Positions 53,676-64,000 of a stretch of 64,000 nt of DNA are shown here, piece after piece; position 1 is the stretch's first letter, and each line of letters opens with the position of its first letter. The stretch comes from Octopus sinensis. Taxonomy: Eukaryota. The translations under genes were made by a program, and so were the position numbers. The stretch lies in assembly GCF_006345805.1 (NCBI RefSeq), contig NC_042997.1, forward strand, positions 16,864,001 through 16,928,000, read 5' to 3'. Below the pieces are notes generated by a model, which was given only the letters and a program-made list of their open reading frames with translations, was not told the origin of the DNA and did no database searches.

Positions 53676-54106
53676 TACCTTTCTCTTAATAAATGTCCTA
53701 TAAATTCCACACAGCCATGATTTTGTTGTCTCATTTCATTTAACACACACACACATAAACATAGCACAGGAGGAACTGTGTGGTCAAGGGGGCATACACA
53801 TTACTTATGTGGTTAAAAAATTTGCTTCCTAATCACATGGCTTTAAGATCAGTGTGATACCTTGTATCTTGTACTATGGCCACAAGTTGATCAAAACTGC
53901 ATGCACTGATTTGGTAAATGGAAACTGAATGAAGCCCATCAAATGTGTGTGTGCATACATATGCACATTTGTGTCTTTGCCTTGACATGTGGAGGACATG
54001 GTTTGCATGATGATAAGACTCATCATTATGAGTCTTGACCATAGAAAATCTGCCTCAACAAATTTTATGAAGATGGAATTTTGTTTGTGCTTTATCATTA
54101 TCATCA

Positions 54107-54147
<41 letters not shown>

Positions 54148-54862
54148 TTGATCTTACTCTGTGTTTGATAACGTTACTTGCTGGTTCATACCAATTTCCC
54201 TAGGATAAGTGAAGGTTAGGAGATTTAAAGGTTTAGATATAATTGAAAGCTTGAGGAGGGAAAGTGGGAAGGGTAGTACAGAAATACATTTATATGATGC
54301 AACACAACACAAACATTTAATTTAATTTGACAGGGATTTTCTAAGGATGTCAGTGGTACTTGTTAAAACAACCATTTGGATTTCTTTGCAATATAGTTCT
54401 CCTGAGATGTTATCTAGATGTTTCCAGCATCCCTTTTTTATCATACCAAGGGCACCTACAATAATAGGGACAGTTTTCACTTTAAGATACCATATCTTGT
54501 GTAATTCTATTTCCAGGCTTTTGTATTTACTAAGGTTGTCAAATTCCATGACAGATATATCATACTTTTCCAGGTGTAATAACTTAGGAATATTAACATG
54601 CATGCACCCGCATTTTAATATTATTATGAGTGGGGATATTAATATCTATTAGTTTACAAGTATTTTCATTCCTGTCTTTAATGATTATGTCTTGTTGATC
54701 AGCCTGTATTGTTCTGTCACTGTTGACAGACAAATCTCAGAGGGTAGTGACATTTTTATCTTGGACCACTAGCTCATAATGGTGTTCAAACCAGTTAATA
54801 GGCATGTCAATTTGGTAGTGCTTGTATATTTTCTATTGTAAGTATTCCCGATAGGGTAGAAC
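54148..54862 (-). mobile_element. 5'-truncated Dong/R4-clade retrotransposon (restriction-like endonuclease end plus 3' UTR) between (TAA)n tracts
   Basis: YKHYQIDMPINWFEH...NVTTL*D...DRTIQADQQDIIIKD...LIDINIP and LSKYKSLEIELHKIWYLKVKTVPIIVGALGMIKKG...ILRKSLS. (ATT)n at 54109-54147 and 54863-54876. Confidence 0.85.
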
Positions 54863-54904
54863 ATTATTATTATTATTGTTGTTGTTGTTGTTATTATCAT
54901 TATG

Positions 54905-55105
54905 AAGGTGGAGAGCTGGCAGAATCATTAGCACACTGGATAGAATGTTTAGCGATATTTTTTCCATCGCTGTGTTCTGAGTTCAAACTACGCCAAGGTT
55001 GACTTTGCCTTTCACCCTTCCGGGGCTGATAAATTAAGTACCAGTCAAGTACTGTGGTTGATGTGATGAACTTTCCCCTCCCCCAAAATTCCAGGCCCTT
55101 GTGCT
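54905..55105 (+). mobile_element. tRNA-derived SINE family D
   Basis: gaaggtggagagctggcagaatc (A box), ctgagttcaaact (B box), gttgactttgcctttcacc...ataaattaagtaccag. Confidence 0.8.
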
Positions 55106-56789
55106 TACATCATCATCATCACCACCACCACCACCACCACCACCACTACGCTTGCCACCCACAATTAGTCCCCACCGTGCCCCCTCCCTCATTTAGTCAG
55201 ATGAGTAAATACAGCGTCCCCAACATAGAGCATTGTTTAGCTGAGCTTAAAGGAATGGGGATCAGGGCATAGATGGGATGGTAAAGTAAGGAAAAGAGGG
55301 ATGAATAGTGGCAGGTGCTGGCAGGGTATTGCCAAAAAGTCATGAACAGGAAGAGTGGGTGGAGAATGCTGTGACTGGTGAGAATTTGGGTATAAAGAGA
55401 GGGAGGGGACAGGGGAAGCAATGATACAGTCAACAGGTAGTAAGGACTGGATTGGAGAGTGGGAGATAATCATAATGTATGAAGAGGAAATGTGAGAAAG
55501 AGAAGAGAAACAGTTTGGGAAAGGAGGATGTAGTTTGGTTTGTTGAGGTAGGGTGTGTGAAAATTTTATTGTTATGTGTGGGTGGAACACACTTCTAGAA
55601 TTCAGGTTTGCTGACATGGGCAGGTCTTCTCTTGAACCTCATATTGCCAGACATCTCAGTCTATTGTCATTTTATCCATGAGCCTCAGCATCCTGGGATT
55701 AGTCCTCACTACTTCAAATATGTGTGTGCACATGTGTGTCTGTGCAACAGAACCCCTTCTAAACTAGACACCAATATCTTATCTAAGCATTGTCTAAACT
55801 TAATAAAATATCTATGAATAAAAACAGTCAATATCAATATAAGTTATCTCCACAAACACTTTCTACTTCACTATAATAACAAATATGCATTCCCATCATC
55901 AGCTGCCAAACAGATATCACTATGGTTTTGACATCTGGGCAATACCATTCAATCCAACAGTGTCAACAACATTAAAAACATAAATGTTGCCTGGAAATCA
56001 GTCGTAATCAGCAGGAGTGAAGCATAAGCATAGTATGTTCATTATATCAACAACTGCTTGTTACTACAAGAAACACAATCAGTATAAACAATGAATATTA
56101 ACTGATAGTTACAAAACAGTATCTATACAACAAAGAACTTACTTTGGAAAAGGACATCATGATCCTAAAATTTACAAAACAAAGCTATTCAACTTCTGAT
56201 ACCTGATATAATAACACCGACTTAGGAACTGCAAACCAACAACTTAAAACATGTATACCGTACAATGAACATAGAGAATTTTTATTGCATATGCATTGTT
56301 TATCAATCTATATCATAAGACAAACATGATAATAACTAGAGGAACAGTTTATCTGATAACCAAAATCCTCAAACAATGTACAAGGAAAGACAAGCATAGA
56401 TTAATATTTATGAAACATGTTCTGTATCATAAAATAACTGAATAAATTGCTACTTAAAAATAATATAAAAGTAAAATGTATTAAAATAAAATAAATAAAT
56501 AAGAATGAAGTTAGAATTGAATTAAATTAAAAATGATTTATATATAAAAGAATAAATATAAAAACAATAAAGATAGGGCAAAAACTACTTAACTAAAACA
56601 AATAACTAATAACATGTCCTACCTACAAAGAGTCTAAATAATCCATTATTGATTAAATGGCCCATGTGCTTGTTACCTAGGAACAACTCAAACTAAATCT
56701 AAATTATAGAATAAATGAATATACATATGGAGTTTAAATCAAGATATACCCCTAGGAACTATAAACATTGAAAACTACTAAAACAAATA

Positions 56790-58317
56790 CACTGAACCAC
56801 AAAAGAAATGCAATTTTTTTAAATGTCATTTTTAACTGGAAAATTCTGAAAATTTGTTTCGGGGATGTAATTGTAAATATTCCAAGACATGCGGGTTTAT
56901 GGCTTAGACCCAAATTGCAGGTAACCTTTCAACTTTCCCTGAAACAAGACGCCAAAAAAACAGCTGCGTTGAATGCCATAGATGGCAGTCACAAAAAATT
57001 GTCATGGAAACCGAAATGCACTTTCATCTCATGGAGGTTATGGGTATAAAAATCAACTTGAACGGTGTTCCTGACATTCATAATTTGGATGCATCAAATA
57101 TGACCGGATTTTCAGCAGTGTAGAGAGAACAAGCTATCAACTGATTGCAAGCAAGGCAGTATGCCCTGGTTGTTGCAAAAGCTTAAAATGTCCATGTCAG
57201 CACCATCTATCACCTGCAACAGCAATACAACAACACCAACAGCACTGCAGACCATGTCCACAGAGGGCACCCCCAGGGGACCACATGTAGGCAGGACTGC
57301 TACATCCACCTGCAACACCTCCATGATAGCTTCAGACTGGCCACTGTGGCAGCTCATGAAACTATTGACACTGGACAGCGATCCATCAGTGATGACATGG
57401 TATGACATTGACTGGCTGGCAACAACCTGTGTTGCCATCATTCTGCTTCAGGGCCTGATTTTACCACCTGCCACTGTCAGACATGACTACAGTGGGCTAC
57501 ACAGCACCAACATCAGCAGCATTAACAATGCAGGTTGAGAGTCTTCTCTGAAGAGAGCCAATGCTACGTTTTCACCTTGGATAGCAAAGTGAGGGTGTGG
57601 TGCAGGAAGGGTGAATGCTACAAAGGAGCCTGTGTCATGGAGATGTTGGGATGGGCAAAGCATCATGGTTTGGGGTACTCTAGGCTTGAATCAGAGAACT
57701 GGGCCCCATATGTTCCAAAATGTTGGTGCAGGCAGAGGTAATGGTATCACAGCACAGCACTACATTGACCAGATCCTAAGACCTCACATTGTGTCTTTCT
57801 TTGCATGTCACCATAGCCTCGTGTTCTAGCAGGACATGGCTCCCTCCCACACAGCCAGGATCACCATGGACTTCCTGTGTCAGTACAACATCAGAACCAT
57901 GCTGTGGCTGGCTCTTAGCCTAAATTTGAGCCCAATTGAACACCTGTATGATGAAATCCAGAGACAGCTGAACCAGGTGGTCCCAAGGCTGACAACTCAT
58001 GTGAAACTGGATGCAGCTTTCCTCAGGGTATGGGCACAGGTGCCAATAACTTTTGTGAATTGCCTCAGGAGCTCCATGTACCGATGGTGTATGGCCATTT
58101 TGAATACACAAGGAGGATATACACAGTATTAAGCATGTCACGCCCTACAATCTTGATGTGCTGGATCCACCCACTACCAGAACATATGGCAACAACCTAT
58201 AGACAGTGGTCAAAGTGCATCCAAGAAATTGCCTTTATCAGATTTATCAAAATTTATTTCTGACATAATGAAATTAAAATATATTTCACAGTCACGCATA
58301 TCTTGTGTTTGTTTTGT
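56790..58317 (+). mobile_element. Decayed Tc1-like (DD34E) transposon
   Basis: Left TA|CACTGAACCACAAAAGAAATGCAA; partial right TIR ttgtgtttgttttgt at 58303-58317. Frames: HVSTIYHLQQQY, RVFSEESQ...DSKVRVWCRKGE, QDMAPSHTAR...NLSPIEHL (D34E counted), GGYTQY. Confidence 0.85.
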
Positions 58318-58489
58318 ATACCCAAACAAAATTATTCTACATATAAGAAAGCACCACATGCTGTAGAGAAATGAACGAAAACCATACTTACATCTAACCT
58401 CTTGCGTCCAAAAGACCAAACATGTATACAACGATGCATGCATGCATACATACATACATACATACATACATACACATAAACATGTACAC

Positions 58490-58520
<31 letters not shown>

Positions 58521-58848
58521 CATACATACAAGCAAAAATACCCTGTTGTTGATGTTGAAATTCCAATGAAGGAGCCTTGGATGTAGATTAGAAAGCAACA
58601 CATTCTCTATTGGCAAGAAATCTTGAAATAAAACTGAACAATAACATACATACATATATCATGGTGTTGAATACAAACATGTCAGCATAGAGGACTATTT
58701 GTTCCCCTGGATAATGAATACTATTCTCTATAAATGTTTCCCTTAATACAAAAACCATGTAAAAGAAATGGTAATCTTTGAGTAAATGCAAAGAAACAAC
58801 CTTTTTGAAAAGATTGTAGCAGTAATCAAACAGTGAAATACATACCAA

Positions 58849-59065
58849 GTGGGAAAATTACTATACATACACAGGACAATGAAAGAACCTGTACTTAGCT
58901 ATTGCAGATTGTTAAACTATCGGGAAAAATCCCAGTGGACTTTTGATCTGAACCAACACCTATACCAGTTCCACAGAAAGGCTAGGGAAGATCATTCAAC
59001 AGGCTACATGGAGAAACTTAAAGAATACTGGGATAAGAAATACCCAACATTCTCAAATTTTCCAC
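58849..59065 (+). pseudogene. Possible N-terminal fragment of a Dong/R4-type ORF
   Basis: WTFDLNQHLYQFHRKA...GYMEKLKEYWDKKYP resembles the WT..N..LY..Y..A...GY..R.K..W...YP motif at R4-clade N-termini. Confidence 0.4.
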
Positions 59066-60562
59066 CCATCCACCCACCTACCCACCCAAAACCTATCCAT
59101 CCATCCATCCATCCATCCCTGTATAAAACTTCAAAAATAAATTCATAACTCATATCTCTCACACCAATCACCTTTCTATAGATCCTCTGTCATTATAATC
59201 CACATCTCATCCTCTTCATATTTCATTCACTATAATCATCTCCTCATGTATTTTCAGTCTTTCCACTTTTAACCTAGTCATTTCTTTTTCAATTCTACCA
59301 AATTTTACATAACATTTCTATTTTATCAAAGCTCCTTTGTCTGAATCTTGATTTTTTATATACTACTCATAACACTAAAACTCACCAATTATCAAGGTTT
59401 AGTGAACCTCTTGACTTGGTCTATTTCTCCAATGTTTCGCTGGTGATGAGTGTATTAAATTAAAACTGATTGTATGTTCAAAATAAAAAAATACTATATC
59501 ACTCCAACCATGAAAGTATCAAAATAATATTGATACCTGTGACAAATTTTGTGTTCTAATAAAGGTATACCCTTTATTATACCCATGCTTCTTTTGTGAT
59601 TTAGCTGAAGAGGAGCTATAATTACATTTGAGGTCATCTCTAGATGATTGAAATATGAAGAACCAATCAATATAATAAATGTCATAAGATAAATAAATGA
59701 ACTAATTTCCTTTAAAAAACAGCTTAAGATCCAAACAATTGAAGATATTTTGGCATGTTATTCAATAAATGTTTATAAAATATTAACTCTAATATTCTGT
59801 TCAAACTGTTTTTACTTTATTGGCAACAGAATTAAGTTAATTTGTTCTGCATGTCCAAACAAGGCCATTTAAATTGGTTCCATTACAGTTGTATTTAATA
59901 TCACAATGATCTATTAACTCAAAGATTTCTTCAGGCAGTCACATATATAAACAACAAACAAACTGTACTAACATCAGTTATTCAATCTCATAAATTCACA
60001 TCCTGTATGATTATCCAATTTAACAGTACTGGAGTAATCTTCCAGCATTTCTGGCATCAATTAATATTTCCAATTCAAGCCTCTTCTATCATATTCTTTA
60101 TTTCATCATATTCATAAAACTGTTTTCTAATAGTCTTTTGTTACACTATTAATGTGGGATATTAGGAAAGCAAAAAAATAATAAAGTTAAAATTCTTCAT
60201 GGACTGTTTTTATATCCATGTGGTAATGTTTGTTCTATAGATATTTTAACATTATTTTGTATTTATAGAAAAATGCAACAGAAATTTATTTGAAAATAGA
60301 AACTATATAAACCATACATGTTACTATTTTGGATCAACAGTTGAGATTTTAAATGCTGTATTTATTCTATCTCTGGCAGTTAGTATAGTTATTGCTGGAA
60401 AATTTATCTGTGCTTCTGAACATGGGATATTTCCTAAAGTATGGAAGCAAGTCTGAATGATAGGCAGTGAAAGCACAAGCAAAGGGAGAGAAAAGGTAAC
60501 TGAATCAAGCAATAATATGCCTAAAAGTATGATCTTTAGGATGATTTAAATATGATCTAAAT

Positions 60563-60914
60563 GTGGCTGTGTGGTAAGTAGCTTGCTAACCAACCACACG
60601 GTTGCAAGTTCAGTCCCACTGCGTGGCATCTTGGGCAAGTGTCTTCTGCTATAGCCCCGGGCCGACCAATGCCTTGTGAGTGGATTTGGTAGACGGAAAC
60701 TGAAAGAAGCCTGTCGTATATATGTATATATATGTGTGTGTGTGTGTGTCTGTGTTTGTCCCCCTAGCATTGTTTGACCACCGATGCTGGTGTGTTTAGG
60801 TCCCCGTCACTTAGCGGTTCGGCAAAAAGAGACCGATAGAATAAGTACTAAAGGTGGTGCTCCAGCATGGCCGCAGTCAAATGACTGAAACAAGTAAAAG
60901 AGTAAAAGAGTAAA
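60563..60914 (+). mobile_element. Young SINE family A with ~40-bp internal deletion
   Basis: Near-identical to 15670-16069 (rc) but lacks the gggcttacaaagaataagtcctggggtcgatttgctcgac segment at ~60850; tail (aaaagagt)n. Confidence 0.9.
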
Positions 60915-60955
60915 TAAAGAAAAAATGAATATATGATTCTGCCAGTCAGAACAAT

Positions 60956-62750
60956 ATGGTCAGATTCTCTCAAGCACAGAAGAATCATCTTGTAGCTGAA
61001 ACTTTAGAGCAAAGAAACAGGAGAGTAAGACAGCTTTCTCTCAGATACAGTAAAACCATCTTGCAGTTGAAACTTGAGACTCAAAAGGAAAGAAAACTAA
61101 CATTACAAGGCCAAGTATATTTGCAACTGAGTCAGAACTAAGCCTAACATCAAGGCAAATACAAGCAGCTCAAACCTGCATAAAAAAAACAGTTCCACCA
61201 AGTCAGTAGAGCAAAGGATTAGAAGAACTGCTATTCAGAAAAAAGAAAAAGACACAGGACTAATGGAGGAAAGGTAATGAATACTGTTGATTATATCTCA
61301 AGGAGCTGAATGGTTTGTCTGTGCTACCTTGACGTGATTCAGGGACTTCTTTGCCTTTGACCTCTCTACAAAACTTATTGATGGCAACTGAACTAAAATT
61401 TCGAAGCTATTGTGAAGGAAAGATGAAGCTTGTTCCAGTCTCTTTCCCCTGCTTGAACAGGAAAGAGTATTTTGAGCAATATTTGCAGAGATCAGAACTC
61501 TAAGGATTCTGGGAAAAAATTGTCACATGATCAGATTACTACTTCCAAGTGATGGTTCCTCAAAGTTTGCTCAACTCTACTTCTATGACACAGATCATAT
61601 ATTTCAGAATTGTTTACATCATTCAAATCTAAATGTTACCATCTTGCAGGATTTGCAAAAGGCACACATGACTAAAACATACATAAAGAGCTTCAAAACT
61701 CATCAGTTTTGCATTCTATATGACTATTTCCTTAAGAAGGTAATGAATTTCATGTTAGTTTGGAAAACATTGATAACTGCACACTTTCACCAGCTGAAAG
61801 TTATTGACTTTACTGTCAATAATATGATTTTAACAATGTTATGAAAATCAGTCAACTCGTGTAACAATATGCTGTAGATGCTCAGGTAAAAATAAAGTGC
61901 AGCTACCTTGCTCAGACTCAAAGGAATCATGCTATGAGTAGAAAAATATGGTTGCATGATCCATTGGCTAAAGAAGATGGAGATGAATATGCAGTAATTT
62001 AGGTTGAAAATTTCTTTCAATCTATGTTTCCTCTTTTTTGCTACAAAGAGTGTTTCCAGAATTCGATGACTGGATCACCACAAAAGAAATTGACTTAAAT
62101 CATTACAGTAGCAACTCTGCTTAAATAGGATGAATTAAAGGATAGAACACTGGTGAAGAGTACTGAGATTGTCCTGATTGTTGTGTAAATCTTCAATGAT
62201 CAAGTATGACATCATTGTACATGACTTCATGTAAAAGAACATTCAAAGAAAAGTTATCACTAATTTTACTTTTATTGGATAGCAGAAATGAGGCCTCAAT
62301 CTTACTCATATTCTACTAATAATGACTGAATGTAGTGAACCCCAAATAGCAGATGCTATGTACCATGAAATCTTTGATAAAGAGTTAATGCAAAGATGCA
62401 TAAGATCCTCACATCTGGCAAAATTTGTAGCCACATAGTCAACTTAATATGCTAGTATGTTGAGTTCATGTATGAAGGGGACAGAATAATGTGTAAAGAC
62501 TTACACAAAACTACTGAAAAAACAACAATTGTGACTGAATATTTTTTTCCTATGAGTATAAGAAAGGATTTCAAGCATGGTGTCTTCATCAATCATTCAT
62601 TGAAATCAATAGTATACTTTTCAACCCTTTCCTATTACTGAGATATTGGTACCACATCATCAGTGAAGTTGTCTTGAGTCTAAGCTTTAAAGTACCAGTA
62701 TAAAAATATCATCAAGATACAGAAAAATATATTCACAATCAAGAATAACC
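60956..62750 (+). mobile_element. Decayed Helitron Rep-domain remnant
   Basis: ETLEQRNRRVR (N-terminal repeat), LLPSDGSSKFAQLYFYDTD...LNVTILQDLQ, LV.QYAVDAQVKI, GSP, DCPD.CV.IF, LVPHH, KYQYKNI: the ordered Helitron Rep motifs, all frameshifted. Confidence 0.7.
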
Positions 62751-64000
62751 AAGAAATTACGTTCATGTCCAACAAGAAATCAAGACTTACATCTCAGTAA
62801 GTGAATCATTTTGGAAGATTTATAAATTTTTACTAAAAGATCAAAAGCCAGCAGTTGAAGCATACTTACAATATGCCATGGCATGATTGCAACCACCTTG
62901 TCTCACTAACATAGAATTCTTCATTCCAAGTGCAAGATTTCTTTCAGTGCCATTATCATTACAAAATCAACTTGCAGCTTCACAAAAAAGCAAAAACTGG
63001 TGTAATAAGTTGATTTGTTTATCATTAATGACAATGTGTATGTCATGAAAAGAGCTTGGAAAGAAGTACAAGACTGTAACAAGGCATTTGTAAGTCTGGT
63101 GAAAGGGAGTAAATTCTAGTTGTATTTTTAAAGAGCTTGAGAAAGTTACAGTCTAAAGCTGCAATAGATAACTAATATTACAATGATTATAAAAAGTTAT
63201 TTAGAAACTTCAATTTAAATTTGACTTGATTCCTAAGTAAAACAAATAAAATATATTACAGACATTTTGAATTCATAACTATGGTAAGATGTTTTAATTT
63301 CATTCAGGTATCAGTAATATAAAAATTGTTTCACTAGGTTTTTAATATGCTTAAAAATGCACGTTCATAATTTACAATTGTTCTAGCTTGACAATTTTGA
63401 ATTTTCCATTTTCCATTCACTACAATCTTTATATTATTCTCTTCTATTCCTAATTTTCATAATCAAAATTTGAAATCAAGTTGCTTTTCAAATCAGTGAA
63501 GTTCTTTGTTTGATCTTGTCTCAACCCCTCTGGGTGTTGTTTTGTTAAGTTTGTTGAATACACACAGTTGAAAGGGGTTGATTGTGTAATGGGTCATAAG
63601 TTTGTATTCCATTATAGGAGATTTTATTTTTGTTTACTTTTTAACAAGAACCTTTGTCTATCAAACTTAATGTTTCTATCAGAGCTCTCAGAATATTAAA
63701 CAGAGAAACTGTTTAAAAAAAAACAACTCAATGGGCACAATGTTAAACTGGCTGGATAATTAGCAAATATTTCAATAGCTTACAGTTTTCAGCCAAACTT
63801 TGGAAAAAAAATACATAACTTTAATCTCATCCTAGTAATTAGCTAAACTGCTGTAGCGATGAATTGGCTGCATGGATATGGGTTGGGTAACCAACTCATA
63901 TAGTGTCAGTCAAAATCTGCTGTGTGTTTACTCAGGAGGCTGAACTCTCTACATGTCTAAGTTCACCAGAAACTGGGAATTAGTACCAGAATTCTAAGGC

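Noticed and set aside
55237-55617. 126-aa Ser/Pro/His-rich minus ORF
   Set aside because: Purine/pyrimidine-skewed low-complexity DNA, probably a retroelement relic; no domain recognised.
58563-58600. CCAATGA...GAAA hammerhead-like spacing
   Set aside because: Core has two mismatches and stems I and III do not form.

Overview
AT-rich, repeat-dense animal genomic DNA. The tRNA-headed SINE families and (TA)n/(CA)n/(TACA)n density look like an octopod cephalopod (inference from repeat content, not from a database search). The only convincing host coding sequence is one 374-bp internal exon on the minus strand (37507-37880). It encodes the first fibronectin type III domain and the start of the second from a neuroglian/L1CAM-family adhesion molecule, so most or all of the window is probably intron. 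The rest is SINEs and decayed Tc1/mariner, Penelope-like (PLE), RTE, CR1/L2, Dong/R4 and Helitron fragments. Nearly all other listed ORFs are microsatellite or transposon artefacts. The most notable observations are: (i) several hammerhead-ribozyme-like motifs from different PLE families, with the best-preserved ones all antisense to the host gene; (ii) a ~540-bp inverted duplication with template-switch-type junctions; (iii) a near-perfect (TA)n-centred palindrome and a ~710-bp foldback element, both able to form long dsRNA in the pre-mRNA; (iv) the isolation of the single exon. All identities were judged by eye.
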